DNA from: a virus
Lineage: Duplodnaviria > Caudoviricetes
Reading direction: 5' to 3' (one strand)
Length of the DNA: 56,908 nt
IMG/VR virus record: IMGVR_UViG_3300027881_000016
Location: 1-56,908 of that record
Part shown: piece after piece, positions 1-10,500 of the stretch
How positions within the stretch are numbered: the first letter of the stretch is position 1
Layout of the letters: the number at the start of each line of letters is the position of its first letter
The notes under the pieces: model-generated
Seen by the model: only the letters and a program-made list of their open reading frames with translations
What the model was told of the DNA's origin: nothing
Database searches by the model: none
Position numbers and translations under genes: made by a program

Positions 1-44
1 GGTGTAGTTACTGCAACAAGTCCTGCTAGGGTTGAGTCAGCCAT
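1..44 (-). CDS. 5' end of a gene running off the window edge (MADSTLAGLVAVTT...), possibly virion-associated
   Basis: ATG at 44-42 just after the stop of the upstream ORF; open to the window edge. Confidence 0.45.
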   Translation of the reverse strand, partial: MADSTLAGLVAVTT

Positions 45-47
45 GGT

Positions 48-218
48 TTAGTCCTGTACCTTTCGAACATCCGTGTTCGTGTCGTCAATCAAATAGTGGT
101 CACCGGTATCGCTGACCAGCAAGTTGTCTACGCCGCCGCCAATCACATCGCGGGTGAGCTCCCGGAGGGGCTCCCGTATCAGGTCGCGAAGCAATGGGCG
201 AAGCAGCGCCACTCCCAT
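48..218 (-). CDS. small hypothetical protein (56 aa, MGVALLRPLLRDLIREPL...)
   Basis: Manually translated; below ORF-track cutoff; fills the gap between tightly packed minus-strand genes. Confidence 0.6.
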   Translation of the reverse strand: MGVALLRPLLRDLIREPLRELTRDVIGGGVDNLLVSDTGDHYLIDDTNTDVRKVQD

Positions 219-222
219 GCTG

Positions 223-528
223 TTAGACCCGCGGTGACTTGCCGATCATAGCGTAAACGCTAGCGATCGGTGTCGACGCTCCGCCAGACGTGGTTATGCG
301 AATGTACGGCATAAGCGCAACTGGCTGAATGTAGTTGGCGGTCGCAGCTGCGACGAGTTCGACGTAGCTGGCGTCAGCGTGTAGCTTGCCGAGGATCTGT
401 ACGGTGAACGTACCTGAGATCTCGACTTGCAGGAACGCTTCCGCGTGGACGTCATACGACGTGGCCGGCAGCTCATAGTCAGTGTTCGTGTCAGCGACAA
501 CTGCGTCTGCTAAAGTGAGTACTTGCAT
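223..528 (-). CDS. hypothetical beta-rich protein, possibly virion-associated
   Basis: 101-aa ORF; start overlaps upstream stop (TAATG). Confidence 0.7.
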   Translation of the reverse strand: MQVLTLADAVVADTNTDYELPATSYDVHAEAFLQVEISGTFTVQILGKLHADASYVELVAAATANYIQPVALMPYIRITTSGGASTPIASVYAMIGKSPRV

Positions 529-794
529 TACTTTTTACACTCCCTGTCTTCGGGTTCAATGCGACAGAGATCGTCTATCGCGTCTTCGATGTCTTCACTG
601 AGGAGCACTTTGCCCTCATTGGTCTCTGCTTCCTTCTCGTCCTTGCGCAGATCACGGAGGTCTGATTTGATCATCCTGGCCTCGAGGCGCTCGACGTCAG
701 ACGCCCATGCGATGTTCGTAAACAACCAAAGGCTTGCAGTAGCCGTAACGGATACAACACTCCAGAGGGAAATTAGGTTCCAATTGATTCTCAT
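528..794 (-). CDS. small membrane-anchored coiled-coil protein
   Basis: N-terminal hydrophobic helix followed by a charged coiled coil. Confidence 0.7.
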   Translation of the reverse strand: MRINWNLISLWSVVSVTATASLWLFTNIAWASDVERLEARMIKSDLRDLRKDEKEAETNEGKVLLSEDIEDAIDDLCRIEPEDRECKK

Positions 795-826
795 CTGCCT
801 ATTCTACCCTGCGCCCCTAGGGGCTG

Positions 827-1312
827 CTATTCATATACTTCGACTGTGTCGTCCAAGTATACCACTTCGAATCCACCACCAGAGCCGCCATCCATCTCGA
901 GTGCAGTGCTCATGGCCTTCTTGATTCCACAGCCGGCCATCAAAACTGACCAAGCTATGAGACCGCCAGAGCCGATGCCGTACCAGCGAACATGTATTGG
1001 GTATGGGCGCATGAAGCGGTCGACCAGCTCTATCCCGTTGTGCTCAGAGAGCATGAGCACTGAGAAATCGTGCTCGTCCTCGAGGTTTTCCATTGGGTCT
1101 AATGGCTCGTCCCAATCACCGTCGGTGAACCAGTCTAGGAAGCGGTATCCCGGGCCTTCGTGACCCGAGATACCTATCAAGTATTTGTCACCTCCTATGT
1201 CAACCCGTTCAATTTTTGTCGGGCAAGTCATAATGACCTCCCCATCGTTCGAGGTAACACGGCGGTCGGCTGCCATGTATCCCATTTCCTGGTCAACGAC
1301 AATCGTCGTCAT
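827..1312 (-). CDS. HslV/proteasome beta-like Ntn-hydrolase peptidase
   Basis: N-terminal MTTI (catalytic Thr after Met removal), AADRR, GIGSG and late D-x-x-S-G-G motifs. Confidence 0.8.
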   Translation of the reverse strand: MTTIVVDQEMGYMAADRRVTSNDGEVIMTCPTKIERVDIGGDKYLIGISGHEGPGYRFLDWFTDGDWDEPLDPMENLEDEHDFSVLMLSEHNGIELVDRFMRPYPIHVRWYGIGSGGLIAWSVLMAGCGIKKAMSTALEMDGGSGGGFEVVYLDDTVEVYE

Positions 1313-1494
1313 TTCTTTTGCTTCTTTCGCTTTTTCCTGTTCGCCTTGATAGTACCCTGAATGAGGTTTCGAGCGCCAGCTGCGGAGAGCTTAAGCGCGT
1401 CTTTATTGCTACGCGCAAACGGGCGCAGACTTTTCGGGAGATTGCTCTGCGCAATCTGGTTGAGTCCTATGTGTATCTGACTATTCTTGGCCAT
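1309..1494 (-). CDS. small basic hypothetical protein
   Basis: MAKNSQIH start coupled to upstream stop (TGATG); Lys/Arg-rich C-terminus. Confidence 0.55.
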   Translation of the reverse strand: MAKNSQIHIGLNQIAQSNLPKSLRPFARSNKDALKLSAAGARNLIQGTIKANRKKRKKQKK

Positions 1495-1766
1495 CAGTCT
1501 GTCTCCTGCCATTCTCTGATTCGTACCTTGTCCGTATTGCACGATGACAGAGATGCGATTGCCTCTCCGGCAACTCTCTCGAGATCCCCCGTGGTGACGA
1601 GTGAACCCAAGTCAGGCTCCCGGCAAGGCTCAAGTAGCTCGGCCGGGACGGTGACTTTTTCAATTACCGTCTTCGTTACCGGAACCCGGATTATCTCCGG
1701 ACTGCTTTTGCAAGCGCTCAGCAACACCACTAGGCAGAGGAGTATCACTCCATTCTTTGTATTCAT
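1494..1766 (-). CDS. o-spanin (Rz1-like outer-membrane lipoprotein)
   Basis: MNTKNGVILLCLVVLLSAC lipobox; Pro-rich segment; PAELLEPC...CNTDK; overlaps 3' end of i-spanin. Confidence 0.85.
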   Translation of the reverse strand: MNTKNGVILLCLVVLLSACKSSPEIIRVPVTKTVIEKVTVPAELLEPCREPDLGSLVTTGDLERVAGEAIASLSSCNTDKVRIREWQETD

Positions 1767-2106
1767 TATCCGTCCTTGCTTGTTCGGCCATCGCTCTTTC
1801 CAGATCGCCAACCTGTGTCTCTAGGGCGCTGTGTCGCTCCCTCGCTTCTGCATTCACAACTGCATCTCTGGCTATCCTCGCACGCAGCGTCGTCGCAAGT
1901 GCCTTCTCCGCAGCAAGCGCCTCCACCAGTATCTGATGGGTCTCCTCGTTCACCAGTTGAATGCATTCCTCTGCCCCCTCATCCCTCAGATCCTCTTTGA
2001 AATTATGCCAGTACAGGGCTCCACCACCGAGTAACACAGCGACTAAGCCCACAGTTACGTAGCGACCAAGTACCGTCTTGAGTGCCCATGTAATTATGAA
2101 GTTCAT
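1660..2106 (-). CDS. i-spanin (Rz-like)
   Basis: N-terminal TM helix, coiled-coil periplasmic domain, WSDTPLP near C-terminus; overlaps o-spanin. Confidence 0.85.
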   Translation of the reverse strand: MNFIITWALKTVLGRYVTVGLVAVLLGGGALYWHNFKEDLRDEGAEECIQLVNEETHQILVEALAAEKALATTLRARIARDAVVNAEARERHSALETQVGDLERAMAEQARTDNEYKEWSDTPLPSGVAERLQKQSGDNPGSGNEDGN

Positions 2107-2699
2107 TTTATTCCAAGCCCCTCTTTCGCTTGTGTGAGTTTCCTCTGCAGCAGTCCTTCGTTCGAAGTAATCCCGGGGATAACTTGGTCTGCTACCACAT
2201 CACTGAATTTGCGCTCGAGCAGGCCCTCGCTGTTACGGTCAAATCGTTTGTCGTTCGTGCTGCGTGTAATGGCTGCGCGCCCTACTCTGTTCACGACATG
2301 GGCTGCAACGTCCTTGAGCGCCGCGTTCTGCGCTGCTTGCTCTGCAGCTGCTTTCTTGGCCGCTTGCTCAGCGATCGTCTTGAACGCATCGAACTCTTTG
2401 TTTGTTACTGAGCTCGCCTTCGACGTGCCCACTGCTACTCTGGCAATGTTGCTCGCCAGTTTTGCAGGAGTCATTCCTCTCGTTAAGCGCAGGAAAGGCG
2501 CGTTCATAAACTGCGTCTTCAATATGGTGTCGCGCTGCTCCGGCGGTAAGTCTTGAAGATCTTCGAGACTCAGGCCCCTGAAAGATTCTAGTATGTCAGC
2601 CTTGGTCAGACCCCTTTCACTCGCGCGCTCGCTGCGTGTGCTCTCGTCTTTCTCGCGAACCATGCGATCCATCGCGCCTATCAGGCCTACGTTAGGCAT
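2103..2699 (-). CDS. hypothetical protein
   Basis: 198-aa ORF translationally coupled on both sides. Confidence 0.65.
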   Translation of the reverse strand: MPNVGLIGAMDRMVREKDESTRSERASERGLTKADILESFRGLSLEDLQDLPPEQRDTILKTQFMNAPFLRLTRGMTPAKLASNIARVAVGTSKASSVTNKEFDAFKTIAEQAAKKAAAEQAAQNAALKDVAAHVVNRVGRAAITRSTNDKRFDRNSEGLLERKFSDVVADQVIPGITSNEGLLQRKLTQAKEGLGIK

Positions 2700-2872
2700 T
2701 AGCCTTTGTCCACGTATGCTTGGGTAGCCATGTAGGCACCACCAAGTGTGATCGTCACAGTTACCCAGTGCTCAGCTTCGATCAAACCAAGAGCGAGCAA
2801 GACGCTGGACACGATGAAGAAACCCACTGCGAGCGTGAACTTGCGGCTGTTGAGTTTCTCCTTGGAGAGCAT
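2699..2872 (-). CDS. putative holin (57 aa, two TM helices)
   Basis: Manually translated MLSKEKLNSRKFTLAVGFFIVSSVLLALGLIEAEHWVTVTITLGGAYMATQAYVDKG; SRKF plus two hydrophobic helices; between endolysin candidate and spanins; absent from the ORF track. Confidence 0.7.
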   Translation of the reverse strand: MLSKEKLNSRKFTLAVGFFIVSSVLLALGLIEAEHWVTVTITLGGAYMATQAYVDKG

Positions 2873-3195
2873 TACGCGTCCGAATTTCGTAGGGCTATCA
2901 GCGCTTGGAGGCGACCAGACAGAGTCCGCGCTTGCGCCAGATTTTTGTTCTTGCCCGCCGTGGCCAGCTGCTTCCTGACCTTCTCTATGCTTATGTTGAT
3001 AGATTTGTCGTCTCTTTCGCCTAAGCCGGCTTTCTCAACAGGCTTCTTCACGACCTTCTTCTTTTTCTTTCTCCTTCTGCGCTCGGCCGCTGCAGCATCA
3101 TCCGCTGCGTCTTGAGCCGCGACTGCAGCAACGCCGGACTGAATGTTCGTAGCGGTGCTGGTTATGATGTTGCCGTCTTCGTCTTTCTCAGCCAT
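2872..3195 (-). CDS. hypothetical protein with poly-basic tract
   Basis: Probable start MAEKDEDG; RRRKKKKK tract. Confidence 0.6.
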   Translation of the reverse strand: MAEKDEDGNIITSTATNIQSGVAAVAAQDAADDAAAAERRRRKKKKKVVKKPVEKAGLGERDDKSINISIEKVRKQLATAGKNKNLAQARTLSGRLQALIALRNSDA

Positions 3196-3199
3196 TTTA

Positions 3200-3667
3200 C
3201 TATCCGTGATCGATGTAAGTGATATAGACCCGCTCACCAGCTCCGATCCGGCCGGCAATGATTGGGTAAACGCGTTCGTATGCCTTGCGGGATGCTCCGA
3301 TCGAGCCTTCCTGACCGATGTTCTGGGAGGCTGTGTCTCCGAGGAGTAAGCAGCCTTCCGTGTCGTCGTCAGTGTTGCCGACGTGGATCAGGATGTACTC
3401 GAACCCGGGCACATTCCGTACCCAAAGCATACCATGGTGCATGTCAGGATAGCGAGCAGCATATGCCGCGTGCTTGCCACCCACAGTACGCAGCGTGACC
3501 TCGTAGCACCCTTCCGGGATACGGGTCTCGCCGCTGACTTTGTTGGTTTGGTACTGGTCCTCTAGCGTGTAGCAGAGGAAGGCAGGAACTTCGGGTACAG
3601 AGACAATGGAGAGGAGACCAAGAGTGGTCTCCTTCCCAGAACTGTAGCGTAGGACCTCAAGGTCCAT
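3200..3667 (-). CDS. DUF5675-family protein, probable endolysin
   Basis: TLG-L...CYTLED...RIPEG-Y...VPGFEYILIHVGN...DTEGCLLLG signature; located in the lysis cassette. Confidence 0.8.
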   Translation of the reverse strand: MDLEVLRYSSGKETTLGLLSIVSVPEVPAFLCYTLEDQYQTNKVSGETRIPEGCYEVTLRTVGGKHAAYAARYPDMHHGMLWVRNVPGFEYILIHVGNTDDDTEGCLLLGDTASQNIGQEGSIGASRKAYERVYPIIAGRIGAGERVYITYIDHG

Positions 3668-3672
3668 GGACC

Positions 3673-4134
3673 CTATTCGAAGTAGAGTACGGTGACGCCT
3701 ACAGCCGCTTGTCCAGCGAGGCTAGTTCCAGTTGCGTCAACGCAAGTGACTGTCACCTGATCGCCGGGCTGGATGATTTCTGTGTCGCCGATATTCAACG
3801 TACCGTCGGCCACGCAGAACACTTGGGCCACCGCGGATGCAGCTGCGCCATCGGTATAAGCAAACTCGTCAGCATCTGAGCCGTCGCCGATATCAACACG
3901 AGCAGCACTCGTACCACCACCGAAAGCTTCAGCGTTGTCATACAAGTCGACCTGAATTGGCTTGCCGCGTTTGGTCGCAGGCGTTGCGAATACGAAACCT
4001 TCCGTATCGCCCGTATTACCGAAGTCAACAACTGTCAGAGACTGGTAGTTGACCACATACGGCAACTGATCCAGGTGCCTGAGAGCTCGCTGCGGAATCT
4101 TGCCGCCGAGGGTTGAGATTAATTCTCCACTCAT
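3673..4134 (-). CDS. hypothetical protein, probably structural
   Basis: Beta-rich ORF, probable start MSGELIST; IGDGSDADEF resembles VGDTDVDEY of the 25325 ORF. Confidence 0.65.
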   Translation of the reverse strand: MSGELISTLGGKIPQRALRHLDQLPYVVNYQSLTVVDFGNTGDTEGFVFATPATKRGKPIQVDLYDNAEAFGGGTSAARVDIGDGSDADEFAYTDGAAASAVAQVFCVADGTLNIGDTEIIQPGDQVTVTCVDATGTSLAGQAAVGVTVLYFE

Positions 4135-4205
4135 TTTTCTGTCCTTGGTAAATGCCCCAAAATGGGGAGTCAGTTGATTATCCCGCATTGAACGCGGGGC
4201 TGCAA

Positions 4206-4457
4206 TTACTTATCGAAGAAGGCTAGGATGCTGGCACCAAAGAGCTTGAAGAAGCTCACGACAGCAGTAACCATGAGCAGTATACCGCCAATAAAACCTC
4301 GATAGCGCGAAAGCTCAAGCTCGATCCGGTCCAGTTTTCGGACCACTCCGTCGAGAGTAGCTTCCTCTGTCTCAACGTGGTCATCAAGCTTCTGCTCCAT
4401 CCGGGCGAGTCTTTCTCTGCAGCTTTGGGTTTCAAGATCGTCCTTTTTATCGGGCAC
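4206..4457 (-). CDS. coiled-coil protein with C-terminal TM helix (XhlA/holin-like)
   Basis: GTG start with AAGGA RBS; ERLARMEQKLD coiled coil followed by hydrophobic helix. Confidence 0.6.
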   Translation of the reverse strand: MPDKKDDLETQSCRERLARMEQKLDDHVETEEATLDGVVRKLDRIELELSRYRGFIGGILLMVTAVVSFFKLFGASILAFFDK

Positions 4458-4509
4458 GAAGATTGTCCTTGTTTTGTGGTAACGTAATTGCGTAATTGTC
4501 TCGAGATGC

Positions 4510-7500
4510 TCATTGGGCTGCAACTGAATTATTAGGCGCAATGGTTATCGTTCTATTCTCGATGTCATCAGCCACGGAAAACTTTATCTTCTCCCGGAAC
4601 TTGAGATCATCAGGGTCTTCCTTGAGATCTCTACGCACTAGCGGATGGGTCGGTCGCACGCGCATGAACCCTCCACCATCTTTCAGCGGGCTAGTCATGC
4701 CCTCGTACATCTTTTGGAACTTCTTGTCGCCGTAGGTAACGCTCGTCGCGATACCGTCACCCATGATCAGGTACGGGATCTTCTCCCCACTGGCCATGTC
4801 CTCTCTGATCTTAGCTGCTTTGCGGCGCTTGCGTGCAGTCGGGCTGATCCCTTTACGTACGAGATCGCGTCCACCTTGTAGCTGGCCAACGACAGGGAGC
4901 GTCTTCGGAAGAGTCTGTGTCATTGGCTTGCTGTAGAATTCTGCGAGCTGCGAGAACGTCGGGCCACTGGCACCGGCGAATGCATTACGTCCCTTGGACT
5001 CTGCATCTTCGAAGTCCCAAGCAAGCTGCGTTACTCCGTTGAGACCCGCGCGCGTCCACAGCTCAGTGACATATTCCATCCCATCCATACGGTCAGTCGG
5101 CGGCTGACGGTTGGAGCCGAAGTACTTGACGAGCTCACGGAGTTCCAGCCCGATCGCAGTCAGCGCCATCATCATAACGACCGGGACAACGAGGGCCTGT
5201 GCCGTCTCGTTTACGCCGTTCGCCTCGTTGTAGTTGAACGCTATGCGTCGCAGCACTGTGTTCTGGATGCTGTAGGTGAACGTCTTGAGGTGATAGACGA
5301 GTTGCATCGCTGGGTGTGACGACAGGATCGGGCGCTGTGACGCGTCCGGACGCATGATTGATTCGCTCACCCACTGGTTAAGCGCTTCCGCTACCTTGGA
5401 GTGAGCCGGGTTCTTTTCGTCGTAACCGATGGATCCGTAAACGGGGCGTCCGCTCTCGTTCCATTCAGTGACCATTGCTTCGGTAATACCAAGCTCGGCC
5501 AACATCGCCTGTGCTTCGAACATGCCCTTCTCGGTCGTACGCCCTGGTACCGCCATCTCTGCTTGATGGAGTATGACGTCAATGCCTACTGCCAAGGAGA
5601 GCTTACGTGTGAAGTCGGTGTACCAGTTCAACCCGGTGTATTTGAAGTAGGCGTCGTTCGCCTTCCTCATCGCCGGCGACATGAAGTTGTTGTCTGTGAA
5701 CTCAGTCATGATGTGATCGTTCATCACTGAGGAGATTTCTCCGAGTGCGCGCGCCATATCAGCCAGCCCAGACTCAGTCTTGCCGGCTTCGCGGATGTGG
5801 TTCTTCATCGCTTTGAACGCTATGCCCATTGCGCCGTTCTTCACCCCGGCTCTGACGATGATACCTCCAGCGTCAGGCAACGAAGCGAAAACTGTGTAAA
5901 GCAGGACGCGCATGTTCTGGTAGGCGATCATGTTCGCCATCACTTTGCGAGCCCCGGGGCTTGCCAGATCGTGACCCTTACCGTAGGTGCCGAGGTTGAC
6001 CTCTACGTAGGCTTCCATCTGTTTCAGCTGCTCGTCAGTCGCGCCTTCCTTCTTGGCTTGGGCGAGCATCGCGTTCCACTTCTTCTTCGGATCCCAGAGA
6101 CCCTTCTTGATCAGTTGCTCCTGCGTGAAGTTGACATCAGCCGGCGCATCCTCACCGAGAACGCGGTTGAACTCAACGCGATCCACGAGTGCTCCGACGT
6201 AGTCGCTCACGATTCCATCGATGTTGTCATCAAGGAACTCGTCGAAGAACGGATCATTCTGCGTACGGGAATTCATGGCGTCAAACGCTGGCGTACGAAC
6301 ACCGTCAACCGTAGCACGCCCATCCTTCGCAGATGGATCTGTGATCGCGTCGTAATGAATACGTGCTTGTTTGAGTGTCATCCCCTTCTGGCCATTGCCA
6401 GGGTCCATCAAGTGATCAAGGATACGTTGCTTGTTGTCGACCCACAGCTGGCGCGAGTACTTTTTCGGGAAGTAATTCACGATGTGTCGCACTGGCAGAC
6501 CGTTATCGACTGCGTACTCATGCATCTCGTCGAACAGATCGCGTACCGCTTGCTCATGCTTCGTGAACGTGGCGTCTTTGTTAGCCACGCCTTCCTTACT
6601 ACGCAGCGACTTGACCAGCTTTTGCTTAATCTGCTGCGTGCGCTTCTGTATATAAGCCTGTTCCTCTTTCGTCGTGTTGAAGACCTTAGTGCCCGTCTTG
6701 ATCTCGTTAGCGACCTGCTTGTCAATCGCTAAGAGTATCTTCTTGTAAGTCACTTCGAGGAACTGACCCTTGAACCGTCGTGAGCGCTGGTGGAAGTTGG
6801 ACGCTGCTTTCTTGACTCCCATCTCGCCGCGGCCGAAGATAGCGACCAGCTCATTTGCGATCGGTACTGTCTCACCGATACGGCGCATCACACTCGTCGC
6901 TGGTGAGGCTACGAGATCGTATGCTTTCTGCAGCCATATCTGAGTGGTCTTCGCACGCTTAGCGATCGCCGGGTACTTGTCCGCAAACTGTTTCATCAGC
7001 TTGTTGTATCGCTGGACCGCCAGTCGTGGCGTCGGTGGCACCTCCATGTTATCCACGGATATATCCGGCCAGAATGTATAGCCGGTCATGCCTTCGTTAG
7101 TGAACCATTTCTGCAGCAGCTCATCAACCAACGGGTTAGCGTTAGGCGATGCTGCATTCGCTGCGCGTGCGTGTAGTGCATCTGTGAACTCAGCGAATGT
7201 CTCATTGAGTTTGAAGCGCTTGTTGCCCGCAACGAAGTCGTACAAGCGGCGTATCTTGGATCCGACGTCGTGGAAGAAAGCTTCAACTTGGTTGCGTGGG
7301 CCTTTACGTGACACGGTCCATGCGGCAAGTTGGTCAGCCATCCACTCGTTGAACTCTGGATCCTTCAAGATGGCTTCGTCTTCTGCTACTTCTCTCCTCG
7401 CGAATTCGTTCTCAGCGATATTGACTTCAGCCATGTTGATGTCGTCGTTGAGCGCACGCGATTGGTTGGTTTGACCAAGCTTAGATTGCTTCTCCTTCAT

Positions 7501-10500
7501 CTTCGCCAGACGCTTCTTAGCATCCGCCAGCTGCTTATCGGTCATCTTCTTGAACGTAAACTTCGGCTTAGTGGTCGGGAATTTCTTGAGCGGCCGCTTG
7601 CCTTGAGACTTCCGGAAGGCGTTGTACATGCGAAGCTTGGCGTTGCTGGTCAGCTGAGTCCACACAGTGCGGTACAACTGATGTCCAAGCTCATGGGCCA
7701 GCGCTGTGGTCGTGAGAGATGGATCTCCCAGAATCTTATCCGACAGATAGATGTACGAGACATCATTGAGTCGGATGTTCCGCGCGTCGACGTTCTTGTC
7801 GTCGAGCGTCTCTTGGAAAATAGGATCGTTCACCAAGCCGGTCTCGATCAGGTTAGCAAGACCGGTGTCGTCAATAACCACAACAGGGTTGCCCATGCCG
7901 AGTGTTTTTTGTACGAAGCCGACGATGCTCTTGACGGCCTTCGCAGTCGACCCATCAGGATCAATCCGATCGCTGATCATTACCGACAAAATTCCCTTAC
8001 GGCCCATGATCTTACGCGTCAGTTTCAATCCCTCAGAATGCTTGGCCTCGCGCTCGTCGCGGTGTATCTTCGCGGCGTCTTTCTTTTCTTTGTCGGTCTT
8101 GTACTTCCGACTCTGAGACTCCAATCGCTGCTCTTCCTCAGTCTCAACACCAGGTTCGCTCTTCTTCGGGTCAATCCTGTCCGGGTCAGTCTCTTCGACC
8201 ACTTTTACGTTTTGCGTTCTGCGTTGGTCACCACTAGGGAAGCTGGCTTCTTCTCCTGCGAAGTCTCGCTGGCCGCCCTCGAAGCCCGGTGTCTGCTCGA
8301 GCCGTGTGGTCGTGTCTTCGGCAGGAAGTACTGTCGGCTGCGACACTGGTCCAACCCCACCGGACCTGTCAGGCACTTGAGTGGTAACAACTTCCGTGTC
8401 CCCTCTGCCTGGACCGAACGTATCCGGGTCCCTGTTGCCCTGCTCATTAGCTAGTGCGCGCTGGCGTCGATCGTCTCTCAACTTGTTGAACAGGATCAGC
8501 GCCTCGTTCGGCTTAGTCCGCTGCAGGTAATAGAACGCTTGCTTGTCGTCTATACCAACGATGAACTTCCCGTCCTTCGTCTTCCGTATACCGATGATGT
8601 TCCAAATGGCTTTGTTGTCATTGCCAAGAAGTGCCTGCACTTCCTTGACGAGCATCGCACGCGCACGTTTGGCTTGTGCGTAACTGCCGTACTCGGGCTC
8701 TGGTGCTACAAGGTCAAGTCGGATCTGCGGGTCTCGATGCTCCTTGAGCTTATCGAACTTCTCGATCATGGCCTTGGATTCTTCGTTGGTCATCTTGCCG
8801 CGCAGGACCATCTCCGCGGCCATAGTGAGCAACCCTTCTCGAGTCGTCTTCGCCCCGGCGTCCTTGCCGGCGTGCGCCAGCGTGATCATGTCGATCTTAC
8901 CGTCAGCTGTCTTGCGAGCCTTGTTGGCTACGGTGTTCTTCGTGCGCCGGGCGGAAGCTCTCGCTCGTTTCAGCGCCCTGTTAAACTGGACGTCATTGCC
9001 GAGGACCTTCATGTCGCCCTCAATGACGAACGTACCGTCAGCCTGCTCATTGATGATGAACGGGTCTTCGGCGGTCTCGAAGAACAGGTCGCCCTGCTCG
9101 TTAGTCTCTGGTTGCGCTGCCGGGAACTCCGGACGAACAGTCTGCTCCAGTGCTTGCTCAGCCTGCTCCCGGGTGTCGTAACCGACCACGGTCTCGGTAC
9201 CGTCGGGCTGCAGCTCCGGTTCTTTCTGGAACTTGCCGAGTGTAAACGAAGGCGCCGGCTCAAACGTGTTGTCAACGTCTAGCGTCTCAGGATCTTGTTG
9301 TCGTGCAGACCCTGCATCGTCTTGGTCGGTACCTGTCTCTGCAGTGAGCTCATCTAGGATACCGCTGAGATCCATGTTGTCGACTTCAGCTTCCGTATTG
9401 CTGTCGCGTTGCTTCGCTCGGTCCTTGATCGCGTCAACGACAGGCTGCACCTGTTTCCTAATGGTCTCGACGCCTTGGTCGATGAACGCTTGGCGTGCCA
9501 CAGGGTCAGAGATGTTCTGCGCTGCTGCATACAGGCTGGCTGAGCGCTCGTTGACGAAGCTCTTCAGCCTGGCGAACTCTTGCTTGTGCGTATCGACGAA
9601 CTTGTTGTGCGCGTCGACGATGATCTTTGACAACTTAGTAGCTGCCGAATTCATACCGCCACCCATGTCAGAGTCAAGCACGTCGAGCACCTTCTGTGCT
9701 CCGTCACGCAGCTTGTTAACAACTGGGTCGACGACTGGGGCGACCGTATTAATCACTCGGTCACGAAGTTCTTCGTACACAGTATTGTCAGCTGGCTCGA
9801 ATCCCTCTGGGTATTTGTCTTCCTTGGTCTCCGCAGTCCCGTCTTCCTTAGAGCTAAGTGACCAAGTAGGCATGGTCAGCTTCTTGGCTTTCGCCCTAGC
9901 AAGCCGTGCCCTGATGGAAGGTAGCCCCTTCTGCCCTAATACCTGAGCAGCGCCACCTGTAATTGTACCAACCATCGCGCCGACTGCGTATGCCTCGATC
10001 ATCCGTCCCTTGTTCTCAGCAGAGAACATGTCGAATGTCGGGTCGTGATAGGCCATCGCAGCCAGCTGGATCGCTTCCTGTGCGAGCTCAGTGCCACCTT
10101 CTATCAGGTGCTGTGAGCCGGAGGCGATGAGGAAGTCTTTGATGAAAGCCTTGGCGACGATCTTGTCGACCCCGGGGAACAGCTTGTCAATCAAGCGCAA
10201 GGCAGGGATCGCTTCGAGCGCACCACCTACCACACCGACCATGAGCGAGGTCATGCCTGAGTCAAACCCGGCTTCTGTCAGCTCAAGGTCGGCCGCGCCA
10301 GTCATGGGACCGGCAGCTGCAGCACTACCGCCGAGCGCTCCACCTTTAAGGAATGCCGCTCGAGTTATTTCCTTCGCTGTCTTGCCCTTGATAACTGCGT
10401 TCGCGAGCATCTTCTCGCCTGACGACGTAGCCAAGAGCCGCTTAGCGGACATCGCAGACGCCTCTGCAGAGAAGCCCTTCGCGGTCAAGCGCTTCGTGAT

